Part shown: positions 45,704 to 57,649 of the stretch, piece after piece
Position numbering within the stretch: the first letter of the stretch is position 1
How the letters are laid out: each line of letters begins with the position of its first letter
NCBI GenBank assembly: GCA_043228905.1
Contig: JBHGNT010000002.1
Location: forward strand, 9,796,001-9,860,000
DNA length: 64,000 nt
Origin: Azolla caroliniana
Lineage: Eukaryota; Plantae; Polypodiophyta
Reading direction: 5' to 3'
The notes under the pieces: model-generated
Databases searched by the model: none
Told to the model about the DNA's origin: nothing
What the model saw: the letters and a program-made list of their open reading frames with translations, nothing else
Program-made: the position numbers and the translations under genes

Positions 45704-46793
45704 TTAAGCAGGATAGATAATGGAGAAATGGTGCGAAAGGATGACGACGACTTCCTGATGTGGACATCCCGCGGATCGCAACTATAGCGACACGAACGGA
45801 AGAACTTTTCCAGATCATTGGTTGATGGAGATGACATACTTTCTGACCACGAGATTACCACTGCCACAATTAAAGACGGACGAGAAGAAACGACTGGCCG
45901 TCCAAAGTCGTAATTTCTGTTTGGTTGAAGGGGTCCTGTATCACAAAGGCAGAGACAGAATCTGGCGACGCGGAATATGCCAGAATGAGAAGGAAACGGT
46001 TTTATGCGAAGCTTACTGTGGTATGGCAGGAGGACAGTACACGGGTGATGTTACGGCTCGTAAAGTCTGGCAAGTAAGTCTATTGTGGCCGACTACGCAA
46101 AAGGATGCATATGAATATTGCAAACAATGTGATTTGTGTCAACGGATGGGCCAGCCCACGGAGGTCGCAAGGATGCCACATCAACCAGTGTTGCCGTTCG
46201 ATCCATTCTACAAATGGGGGCTCGATTTCGTGGGGCCGTTTACACCGGCGGCAACACAGACTAGCAAAAAATATATCCTGGTGGCTACTGATTATTGCAC
46301 CAAGTGGGTGGAAGTGAAACCACTATGAGAAAATATCGCGGCCGCGATGACGAAATTTCTTTACAAGTACATCTAGTGTCGTTTTGGCTACCCTATCAAG
46401 CTCATCAGCGACCAAGGAAGCCACTTTCTGAATTCGGGCATCCGGGAACTGACACAACACTATTCCGTTATCCACAAGAAGAGCAAGCCATATTATCCAC
46501 AGGCGAATGGTTTAGCGGAATCCACGAACAAAACATTACAAACCATACTAAAAAATATCTTCAATGAGAACAGAACAAACTGGGATACCAAATTACATAG
46601 CGCGTTATGGGTATACGGAACTAGCTATAAGATTAGCATACAATCCACGCCTTTCCGGCTAGCATTTGGTTGGAGGCTGTAATGCTAGTCGAATTTCAGG
46701 TACCCAATCTGCGGATTTAGGTACGAGACCTGCTATCAGAAGACAAGTCCGAACAAATATGGTACAACAGCTGCTCGAACTAGGCGAGACACG
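45704..46793 (+). pseudogene. Gypsy D integrase (decayed, 3'-truncated)
   Basis: [19 protein letters not shown] and [10 protein letters not shown]. Confidence 0.88.
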
Positions 46794-47185
46794 GTTCGTT
46801 CTCCATCGCTCTTCTCTGTAGGTTTTCAGGAGGCTCGCGCTGCTTCGAGGAACGCCCATGTGCTTCCGGCAGCACCTCCATCCTATCCCCTTTCGTGCGC
46901 AAACGAGCAGGCATCAACATCTGTTCGCCGGCCTGTTCGGTTGTAACCGCTCGCGTGCTTTGTTGTTTATTTGTCATTCGTTAATATACAAACATTCGTG
47001 TCTCTCTGTCTCTCTGTCCATTCGTGTCTTCCGCGTTGATAGGGCCGTGTCCCTGTGTTTCTTTGCTCATACCTAACTGGGCGTCTCTCTCTTTCTCTTT
47101 CCCCTTCTATCACCTGCTCTTCGGTTCAAGAACTTGGTGGTCCCGCCTCGTTTCTCCACGCACGCGCGTAGTAACGTGACATCTT

Positions 47186-47203
47186 TGGTGAACCCGACGT
47201 GAA
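47186..47203 (+). other. PBS complementary to tRNA-Trp
   Basis: TGGTGAACCCGACGTGAA closely resembles the avian retroviral tRNA-Trp PBS TGGTGACCCCGACGTGAT. Confidence 0.85.
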
Positions 47204-47226
47204 CAAGGTGGCAGAGAAGCAGAAGA

Positions 47227-50200
47227 TGAGGGGGTCGGATCTTGCAGAGGCCATGGCTTCGGCCGTGGACCGGATAGTGAGCGCGCGCGAGGGCACCGGC
47301 GCCCTTGACAGGGCTATTGAGGCGATCGTCGATACGATGGGCCGGTTCAGTGGAAAGGATGCCACGAGTTATTTGGCGTCCTACTGGGCGGAGATGTTGA
47401 TGAGGGATATTCCGGAAGAGAGGCGTCTTGCTGGATTCCCTCGAGTGGCGATGTCGGGCATCCATGCGGAGGTGCTCGAGGTCCGGGCGGACAGCCGGAC
47501 CTGGGAGGAGTTCGAAGTACGACTCCTGGAGAAATACGGGCTGGATGACCTCGGCTTTCGAAGCGAGGCTTCATGGAGTGGGTGGAGTCCCCCAACAAAG
47601 GAAGAAATGCGTCGGTACTCCTCCGGGAGTTAGAGGAACGCTTTCCGCGCCTTTCGGCGCTCGATCGGACCGTTCTGGACACAAGTCATGTCCTACTGTT
47701 TGTCAAATTGGTTGACGCACGGGATCGGGAGCAAGTGGGCTCCTTACTGGAAACCGAAGACGGGCTGACGACTGACTGGGCCGCGGTAAAAAGAGTCTGC
47801 GGCCATTTTGACAAACGGTGGGAGTGGGATGATACAGGGGCGGGTCCTGTCGCAGCAAGGAAGCTTGAACCAATACCACAGGCGCGAGGGGAAGAGACCC
47901 GGGAGTGGCTCGAAACCAGTTCGGCTTCGACCGGCGTGGTCTGAGGCTCGTCTGGGGGAACAGCTTTGGAGGAGTTGACACGGGCCGTAAAGGATCTCCA
48001 AATCGCCCAGGCTCAGAGGGAAGGCGGCGAACAGGCTCGTGACCGACGGCCTCCGGCAGGAAATAGGTGCATGTGGTGCGACGAGGTCGGTCACATCCGG
48101 AAAGACTGCGGGGACTTTGCGGAGCTTTGAGAAGCCGGGTAGTGTACCTGTGGGAAGGTTGGGTGCACGCCAGCGATACCCGGAGGGCCCTGAACCGAAA
48201 CGACGGGCGAGGAGGAATGAAAAGGTTGATGGAAGAGGCGGCGGCCCGGCACGCGGAGACCGTCCACTACTCGGCGTCAGCCGGTATTCGGGTCGGAGGC
48301 AGCGAGGCCCAGAAGGAGAGCAAAGCCGGGTTCTGGCCGACGATGCTGGAAGGCCTCGCCGGTGCCCGACTAAGGAAAGACGAGGCGGACCGCGCGGAGA
48401 AGCGGGTCCAGGAGGTAACCGGGTGGAGTGACCCGGTCGAAGAAAAGACGGGTTTCGTCGAAGCAGCTTGCCAGAACTATGAGGCTCTGGTTGAAGACAA
48501 ACGGGTAGGTAAAACTGGAGGGGCCGGACCCTCATAGAGATACGAAAGCCGATTCGGGCCGAAATGGAACGAGGCCGGTGAGAACAGTGCCCGGGATAAC
48601 CGCAAGAAGGGCGGATATCGGTTGGGCACGGAGATCGAAAGGACCACGGACCTACGAAAGGTCCTGGAAGAACGAATCCTCGACAACAAGGTGGAATTGT
48701 CGTTGCGGGAGGTGCTCGGAATCGCCAAGAAGGAGTTCCACGACTCCATCGTAGACTTGGTGAAGAGGAAGAGGCTGTCGACGGAGACAGAACCGGAAAG
48801 ACCGGTGGAGGTGCGGACGACGCACATAGAGGACATGGCGCTGGAAGACGAGTGGGCGGAGAGCCACTATTCGAGGCCACACTGGGCCCGAATGACCACG
48901 GAAACCCCGGTGAAGATCGGAGATGTTCAGGAACCGGTGGTGGCGCTGGTGGACCACGGTTCGGAAATAAACCTGATGTCCATGGACTTCTACAAGAAGG
49001 GGAAATGGCCGGTCAACACCAAGCATGGGTGGAAGATACGGGTGGCGACGCGCGCCACCGAGGAACTACACGGGGCCTGCCCAAACGTGCGAGTCAAGAT
49101 CTGCGACGTCGGGATAGACGAGCACTTCTTTGTGCAGGAGACGTCCTCGCACCCGGTCATACTGGGAGAACCGTACATTATGGCAGCACGGATAGAGACC
49201 AAGGTGCTGGACAACAGGTCGGCTTACGCGAGGGTCAAGAGTCAGGACGGGCGTCATTCAGTCTAGTTCCTGACAGTGCGACCGAACCACGAGCGAAACC
49301 GCGAGTCCCTCGGTGGTGAGAACCGAGAGGATTTTTAGAGAGGGCTGTCAAGGCGTGGGGCCACGATAGTCCGAACACTCCGGGAAATCCCACAAATGTA
49401 CGATAAAGGCGAAACCGAAGAAACCTTGTACCATAAGTAGGAAGTTTTGTTTCTCCGACAATAGAGGGTGTACGATAGTTGGCGTTGTTGGCCGAGAAAA
49501 GACAAGGGCGGAAGAGTGACTTCGGGCGTGCGGAGTTCTCAGGCCCAGAGAGGAAATCAACGGAGCCGTGGAGGCGGTCTCCTTCGACGATACCTTGGGA
49601 ATACTGCGAGAGGTGGTCGGAGAGGGCCTTAAAGAGGACCGAACGATACCGGTTTGTTCAGAAGAGATGTACGAAGTCATCACGGACTTCAGTCCAGGGC
49701 TCGAGTCGGATCGGACGGCCCGGGTTAACACGAGTACAAGACTGTGGACCGGAAGGTAAGGCCAGTCGCGGCACCCTTACCGGAGGGCAGCGAGTTGCGA
49801 ATCAAGGGGGTTGCGTCGGACCCCAGTTTACGAGATCCGGCCTGCATAGGACACACCTTCACCGACAGAACGTTACGGGAGCTCAAAATCGGTGGGGGCG
49901 GGTTCCTACTGCCGGCGGAAGAAGACCGGTTTCGGAGAGTGCTCGGAAGGCACGGGAAAGCCTTCGCATTCTCACCGGAAGAGATCGGGTGCGTAGACCC
50001 AATAGTCGTGAAGTCGATGGTGATATTCACGGTACCGCATGTGCCGTGGAATCTCAAACCAATTCCTGTATCGAGAGCTCACATCCCGGAGCTGATGGAG
50101 CTGTTGAGGCAGAAAGTCGATATGGGCATCCTCAAACCGTCGAGTGCCCCGTACTCAAACCGGTGGTTTACTGTACCGAAGAAGAACGGGACGTTGCGCT

Positions 50201-52860
50201 TTATTCAAGACCTGCAACCGGTCAACAGAGTGACCATTCGGAACGCAGGAATTGGACCAACGATAGACGAGTTCACAGAGGCCTTCACCGGAAGGTCGAT
50301 CTACTCGGTTGGTGATCTGTACTCGGGGTACGATCAGTTCCAACTAGCCGTAGAGAGCAGAGACATTACGACGATGCGGACTCCTCTCGGCCTAGTGCGG
50401 ATGTGTACCCTGCCACAAGGAGGGACGAACTCGGTGGGCCACATGGTGAATGCGATGAACAAGGATCTGAGGGATTGGATCCCGGACATCACCATGCCAT
50501 TCTTAGACGACATCCTGATCAAGGGATGTCCGGTGGAGGAAAAGGACGAAACGATCGAACCGGACGGATGCCGGAAATTCGTGGCGACACACATTGACGA
50601 CTGCGAGAGGGTGCTGTAGAGGCTAGAGGACGCGAGGCTCACCTTCTCCGGGGAGAAATCGGCCTTCGGGCTATCAGAGATCATGGTCATCGGACATCTA
50701 TGCGGACCGTATGGCCGGAAACCGTCTCCGGCTAAGGTGGAAGCCATCTCCACAATGAAGTCCGACTGTAACTCGGTCACGGAGGTACGGAGGTTCTTGG
50801 GAGCATGCGCGTTCTACCACATATGGATCCCGCATTACGCCCACGTTGCCGAGCCGCTATACGGGTTGCTGAAAAAGGGGCGAAGATTCGAGTGGTGAAA
50901 CGAGCATACGGAGTCAGTCCGAAAGATGAAGGAGGCTCTTGCTGCAGCTCAGGCACTCCGGAAGGCTGTCTACGAGAAAGGCACTCCCATCTACATAACG
51001 GTAGATACAAGTCCGACCGGTATCGGATGGGTCGTCAACCAAGAAGATGAGGACGGCATTCGGTTCCCAATCCGGTTCGGCGCGAAGGTGCTCAGCAAGC
51101 GACAGCGAGGATACGCCCAGGTTAAACGCGAACTCTGGGGTATCGTTTCGGCAGTGAAGGCCGATAAAGATTATCTGATCGGGACAGAGGTGATTATCGA
51201 GATGGACAGCCTGCGATTCTCGGCATGGTTTCTGGATGCGCAACCCCGGACCTGGCAATGCTCAGGTGGATAGCGTACATCAAGTCCCTGGATCCGGATA
51301 TACGACACATTTCCGGGAAAGACAATGCCAAGGCCGACATGCTTTCGAGGGCGTGATTCGACGACGAGGGCGGCATGGTTTCGGAGGACAAGGAAGTCGA
51401 CGTGGACTTCTTCGAGGCAGCTTACGTGACAACCGAGGGGGGGAGCACCCCGACGCTTAACGATTTCAACGAGAGCCAGTACGACGGGGAGTGGCTGCAG
51501 ATTGGGGGATTCTTGAGGACGATGACGCCGGACGCGTCATGGACAAAGGACGAGGCCAACCGGATCCGGAAGAAAGCGTACCGATTCTTTCTCCGGGACG
51601 AATACTTGTGGAAGCACCCGAAGAAGAGAAACGGCATCCCGTTCCGAGTAGTGGCGATGGAGGAGGAATAGGAGGAGTTGCTGAAGGCCTACCACGACAG
51701 CCCCTGGGCTGGACACCGTGGGACGTGGGCCACGTTCGAGAAACTAAAGGGGAAGTACTGGTGGCAGGGACTGTACCGGGACGTGCACCGGTTCGTGACA
51801 ACTTGTGAGAGCTGTCAGGTACACTCCATAGTCTGACATTGGGACGAGCTTCACCCTACATACCCTCCGGCCATCCACTTCAAATGGATGGTAGATTTGG
51901 TGACGATGCCGATGGGCGTAGGGCAGATGCGATATCTGGTGCTGGCCCGGGAGAACCTGACGAACCAGGTGGAAGGCCGAGCCCTACAGAACAAAACGAC
52001 CGCGGCCGTGTGTCGGTTCCTGATCAAGGACGTGATATGCTGGTACGGGTGCGTCAGGAAAATCGTGGCTGACCGCGGGGAGTTGGACGCCGAAGAGGCC
52101 GAGGAGCTGTTCGACCGGTTAGGGGTCAAGCTCTCGCTCACCACAGCGTACAATCCGGAGGCGAACGGGAAGGTGGAGCGCGGACACAAACCGATCGTCA
52201 AAGCGCTAGTCCGGGCGTGCGGAGGCCAGGTCGGGAACTGGCCACGACTGTTACCTTATGCCTTGTGGGCGGACCGGACAACGCACAGTTCGGTAAACGG
52301 GTTCATGCCGTCAGAGCTCATGTTTGGACAGAAGCCGATCATGCCGATGGAACGGACGATCTCCTCTTGGGCGACAGTGGACTGGAGAGACGAGATGAGC
52401 CGGGAAGAACTACTAGCGGCGCGTATACGGCAGCTCGAGCGGAGGCCAGAGGACGTGGAACGAGCGGCGGAGAGACTTCAGACGACGAGGATGAGGAACA
52501 AAGCCCGGTTCGACCAGACGCACCGGCTCAGACCAAAGAAAATCGAGGAAGGCGACTAGGTGCTAGTCTACGACAACAGCCTCGACAACCAGCACCGGGC
52601 AACACGGAAGTTTGCAAAGCGGTGGTTCGGGCCTTATGTGGTAACGAGCGCCAACGACAACGGGACATATCACTTGGCGGAACTCGACGGTACGAGGATG
52701 GTTTTACCGGTAGCAGGGAAGCGGCTCAAAGCGTTCAAGAAGCGCCACGACGGCGAACCAAATCTAAGAGGCCTGGACAGCAACGACGAACAGTCCGAAA
52801 TGAAGGACGAACCGATGGACGAGGAACCGGAACCCGGACCGGTTTTCTCCAACCAGAACC
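47227..52860 (+). pseudogene. Gypsy F gag-protease and RT-RH-IN, fragmented by stops and frameshifts
   Basis: ORF-track fragments 47199-52913 lie in canonical Gypsy order. Confidence 0.88.
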
Positions 52861-52905
52861 AAATTTTGGCGCATACCGGTGGATGCGCGGTTAGGCGGGG
52901 GCGGA

Positions 52906-53566
52906 TGTCATGAAGAAAATCGTCCCTTAGCGCAATTGGTGCATAGCGCGCGTGAACCGGCTCTTCACGCATGCGCGCCCTTTAATGTATATAATAGAGA
53001 ATTAGGTACAAAGGTATATCCTAGGCAGTTAGATTCGGTAGGTAGGAAGTTAATGAGGGAAACGACTCCCTTCTTGAAGCTATAAAAGAGAGTGAGACGC
53101 GACGTGAACAGGGGGGGGGGGCATTTCTTTTGGAGGACGAAGTGCTGTCGGACCGAAACTGAACGCTTCTCCTCTGTTCGTTCTCCATCGCTCTTCTCTG
53201 CAGGTTTTCGGGAGGCTCGCGCTGCTTCGAGGAACGCCCGTGTGCTTCCAGCAGCACCTCCATCCTATCCCCTTTCGTGCGCAGACGAGCAGGCATCGGC
53301 ATCTGTTCGCCGGCCTGTTCGGTTGTAACCGCTTGCGTGCTCTGTTGTTTATTTGTCATTTGTTAATATACAAACATTCGTGTCTCTCTGTCTCTGTGTC
53401 CATTCGTGTCTTCTGTGTTGACAGGGCCGTGTCCCTATGTTTGAACTTTTCTCATACGTAACTGGGCGTCTCTCTCTTTCTCTTTCCCCTTCTATCACCT
53501 GCTCTTCGGTTCAAGACCCCGGTGGTCCCACCTCGTTTCTCCACGCACACGCGTAGTAACGCGACA
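52906..53566 (+). repeat. 3' LTR of Gypsy F
   Basis: TGTCATG...CGCGACA ends; the 3' ~390 bp is repeated at 46794-47181. Confidence 0.92.
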
Positions 53567-54493
53567 ACGAGACCAACTTTACAGGAAGGCCTGCACGCGT
53601 ATCAGGGCGGCAAAAAGCTAAGGCCAATCATACTATTCCCACCCCGAGGTCTGCCCGCACCACAGCCCAGTAAACCCACGCCACCGCAACGTTCTGCGAA
53701 ACGGCGGTTAGTAGAGCTAGCTACCACGGAATGGGAAGACGAACCAACACCTTCCCAGCCCATCAAGCAAACAACCTAGGAAGAACGGTCGGCAAGCAGG
53801 GAAGAAGCCACGCATGAGTAGGAAGCCGAGCAATGCCAGGAAAGGCCGAGGCCGAAACGGCGTAGGCTAGACCGAAAAGATGGGTACAAACTAGTCAAAG
53901 ACACAACCGTGAACACAGACACGACCACCTTGGTCGACAATTCTGCAACTACAGAGCCCAACACCACTTTAGAAATAATCCAGGAACCACGGTCGATCAT
54001 TACGAACCTATCGGAGCGTGGGAAAGGCGTACTCACGGCGGAAAGCAAAGTCCTAAAGTACTCGGATATCCCGGATACAGCCCATGAGTTCGATGCACTA
54101 CTACCATTTGGAACAACTTACTAACTCATGGAATTTTTCGCAACACAGCAAATTAAGGTATCCCAAAGAATGGCGGAGGAGCACGCAGAACAACAGATGA
54201 TTGAGCGTGCGCTCACATGTGTTGAGAACTCGACGTTCCTTATGTCCGACACTCGGCCACAACCGAGATTCTTTTATACACAGAAAAACAGGTACTGTAA
54301 CGCGACACAAAGAGGAGAAATGGTACACAGGAGGTTTACGTGGAAAACCCCAAAATAGGGGAAAAACCACAGCAGCCCACAGACTGCAAACTGTCACTAT
54401 GTAAGAGTATACAACAGTGAGATCACAGAGGCAACGACCTCGTGCTCTCAGATCTTTGCCACAGGCGGCGGTTACAATAGAGGCAACGACCTC

Positions 54494-54538
<45 letters not shown>

Positions 54539-56435
54539 CAGTTACGCGCTCTTCTCTATCTTCTAGCACCAACAAGGAAGAATAACAACAACAAGACGAC
54601 AACACATACTAAAAGTTTGCCCTAAGTCATATTTATACTAATATGACTTTTCGGCTATTTACAAATGTAGCCTCGATGGGCTCCATCCGGCTCTCCACAG
54701 TCGGGTACTCCTCATCCGGTTCATACCGGGCCTACACCGTCCGACTCTCCGCAGTCGGGTACTCCTCATCCGGTTCTCCGCAGTCGGGTACTCCTCATCC
54801 GGTTCATACCGGGCCTACACCATCCGACTCTCCGCAGTCGGGTACTCCTCATCCGGTTCTCCGTTTCGGCCGAGTTTGTTCATCGGCACTGTTCTTCTCC
54901 CTTCCCATCCGGAGGGACCTGTCTACCAACAACATGCATAGCAGAAAGTGAGGATGAAGGGCCACTCGCCAAAGTCGGTAGGAAACGAAACGCGGGAGTC
55001 CGCCATGTAGGTATTGAGTTAGCCCCACTAAATGCGTCCCTCGTTGAAGTACACAGAGAACTAGCAAAGGTCAGTATGGGCGCCAAAGACATGGCGATTA
55101 AAAACAAAAATGTCTGGAAGGCGGTCAAGCAAACCCAAGCGGAGCTACAGAAGGCCAACGAACGGATCGCGAAGTGCAACGTAACTAAAGCATAGCGGAA
55201 TTCTAGATCGACAGACAACAATGCCGCATCACAAGCCCTAAGGGAGGAGATTGACGCACAGACCGCCATTGCCACAAAAGCAAAAAGGACTGCCCAGCTG
55301 GCAGAATCCGAGATAGACCGCCTCTGTGTAGAACTCCGCCAATCGTCTGATAGAGAAACAGACATCCAGGCCAAGGGGCGTAAGGCAATAAACGCACTGG
55401 AAGAGAAGCTCAGAGCAGAAACAATAGCTCACACCCTCACCAAAGAAAAAAATAGCAAAGTATGGGAGGAAGTAAGCAAGATGGAGGGGGTGAACACAGG
55501 ACTCCGAGAGCTGTTGGAAAAGAAGAAAGTATGGTACGAAGAGCAACTTGTACTAGAACGGGAGGTGACACATAAGATAGAAGTCCACCTGACAAACGAA
55601 ATGGGCCGGATGGAGGAGCTACATTTAAAAGAATCCCATATATGGGCAAAGATGAAGAGCCACTATGAGGAAGTGACCATGGTCAACAAGCATAAAATTG
55701 AAAACCTCAAGAAGACACTGGACGAAGCGCAAAACTGCTCCCAAGAAATTACGGACAATTTGCGCATACTTCTCCAAACAAATTGGGAGAAGTTTACAAC
55801 ACAACTAAAAACGGCACTAGACAAAGGATGGACGACATGGGCAGCACAAGCAGTAGAACTTCATACATATTGGGCGGATTGGGAAAACCAGCAAAAGGAA
55901 GATCGAGGCTTCTACAAGCTTAATGACGACAACATCACGGTAGCAGAGAGGAGCTCGCACAGGACTATGGCATGCTCACGAACCAACACTCTGAGGAACT
56001 TGCGCAACTACTCGAAGATCTCGGTGAAAGTCAAGAGGATATGTTTCACCGACTCATGGAGGCAGGTAGCACACGGTAGAGAGCAGAGCCCATCGCGATA
56101 CCAAATAGAGACTCCGCCGAACAGGAGGAACCTCAACCCAAATCACTAGAGATGACAACTACGGCCGACAACACTGAGGATGATACAGACAAGACAGAGC
56201 CTCAGCCTACTACGAGCTCGCAGACGGAAGAGCCAACCACAACAAAAAGGAATGAGCCAGCAGAGCCGGGTCCGACCACGCAGGGAGAAGTTGAAGCACC
56301 ATGGAATGCCCCACGAAGACTGAGCAACTACAAGACGTACAACCAAGCAATGACGCACCTACGGGCACTATGCCTTCCCCGAACCAAAATGTACGAGCAG
56401 AACCAAACATCCTGGATAGTTTGGAGGATGAATAG
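53567..56435 (+). pseudogene. Gypsy D extra ORF3 (decayed, interrupted by a solo LTR)
   Basis: LQEGLHAYQGGKKLRPI, YSDIPDTAHEFDALLPFGTTY and KGWTTWAAQAVEL match E ORF3 segments. Confidence 0.85.
54220..54931 (-). mobile_element. Solo LTR of the Copia B family
   Basis: TGTTG...CAACA ends; TSD ACATG (54215-54219, 54932-54936); reverse-complement similarity to 9004-9739 including tandem units. Confidence 0.92.
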
Positions 56436-56438
56436 AGG

Positions 56439-56480
56439 GATGGGTCCGACCTCCCATGGCATTGTCCCACAGGCATGCCA
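56439..56480 (+). other. Decayed tRNA-3'-end-like segment at the PPT position of Gypsy D
   Basis: GATGGGTCCGA...GTCCCACAGGCATGCCA, then TG, then LTR TGTTG. Confidence 0.7.
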
Positions 56481-56482
56481 TG

Positions 56483-56953
56483 TGTTGTCTGCCGGAATCG
56501 TAACCGATGGACAGAAGCGTAGAAATATTATAATATAGTAAAAGCATTAAGAAGTGCATGTAACGGTTCACACTAGAAGCGTAACCGGCTAAAAGACCTG
56601 TGTATATAGGGGGCAGAAACCCTCTGAAAAGGGTAGCATGTAATTTTGAGTGCATGATGTTTTCTAATAGAATCCTATCTTCTCTTATCTCTGTGCATAT
56701 CTGTGTCTATCTGTGTGACAATCCATTGTTTCTCTACGGCGTACTGTTTAATCGTAAGGGTGTATAAGCGTAAGTGCGTATACTAGTGCACTTCCTAAGG
56801 AGTTCAGTTGTAGCCGTCTCCCTTATATGCTACCGGGATACGAGGTGGTATCCCATTACGATTTACAATAGGACGGTTCCATTCCTTGTAACACGGTCAC
56901 CTTGAGGTCTACCTCGAAGGACTGAGCATAGACAGTGTTCCTAATTGGTAACA
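56483..56953 (+). repeat. 3' LTR of Gypsy D
   Basis: Direct repeat of 24609-25079. Confidence 0.9.
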
Positions 56954-57356
56954 TACAAGAAGATATGAATAAACCGTAGTATCTAATGGGTCTTAACCGG
57001 TTACTAACCGGCACTGTTAATGATCGTAACACATACGCAAGATTAATTTATTAAGCACAGGACGGTAACCAAATAGACTCTGAACATACGTAAACAACAA
57101 CACTTCTATTAATTATCCGTCGTTGATTACATTCTAGCCGGGTCCTTTTATAGGTCTCCAACTGAGTTACAAACCGGTGCCAACCGGCAATCGGGAACGA
57201 TCCGGTTCAGATCTGAATCGGCATACCAATTCTGGGTCAGTCGGTCCGCTTCTCAAAATAGCATAGTACTTATTAATTTCTACTCCCTATTCCTAATTAA
57301 ATACCCCTTTTACATTCTGGACTCTAACCGACCCTTTTGCCTTGCTGGCCAACACA

Positions 57357-57397
57357 TGGCACGCCCGTGGAACAGTACATTGTACGTCGAACCCACG
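57357..57397 (-). other. tRNA-3'-end-like hairpin ending in CCA at the PPT position of Gypsy G
   Basis: Minus strand reads CGTGGGTTCGACGTACAATGTACTGTTCCACGGGCGTGCCA, then TG, then TGTTGG. Confidence 0.8.
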
Positions 57398-57649
57398 GTT
57401 AGCCCTTTATCACTTGTTTGTCAAAATGTCCAAAATTCTTTGGTCCAAGGGTTGTAGAGGTTCTTCGGGTAGGTGCTCTATTTGTTGTTGTGGTTGTTGT
57501 TGTTGTTGCTCTCCGGCCTGCTCCGCTTCTCCGGCTTCCATCCCTTCCGGCTCCTTCCGGGCTTCCGTCTCTATCTCATCTATTATGGGCTCCTCCTGCT
57601 CCTTGTGTTCGGTTTGCAATGGCTCGTTTTGGTCAGCTACCTTCCGCTG

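Larger units (their letters stand above)
46794..53566 (+). mobile_element. Gypsy F: GC-rich Ty3/Gypsy element of a different lineage, 5' LTR truncated
   Basis: Partial 5' LTR 46794-47181, full 3' LTR 52906-53566, PBS 47186-47203, PPT AGGCGGGGGCGGA. Motifs CMWCDEVGHIRKDC, ALVDHGSE, LPQGGTNSV, FLDD, ITVDTS, IVADRGE and NGKVERGH. Confidence 0.92.
24609..56953 (+). mobile_element. Gypsy D: old non-chromoviral Ty3/Gypsy element with extra 3' ORF, expanded to 32 kb by nested insertions
   Basis: 471-bp LTRs 24609-25079 and 56483-56953; PBS TGGCACGCCTGGTG at 25084. Gag/PR/RT/RH 25280-29324, IN 45704-46793, extra ORF 53567-56435. No matching TSD. Confidence 0.85.

Noticed and set aside
47744-48880. 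378-aa minus-strand ORF and other long shadow ORFs in Gypsy F
   Set aside because: GC-rich antisense frames of gag-pol with low-complexity P/R/S translation and no domain motifs.
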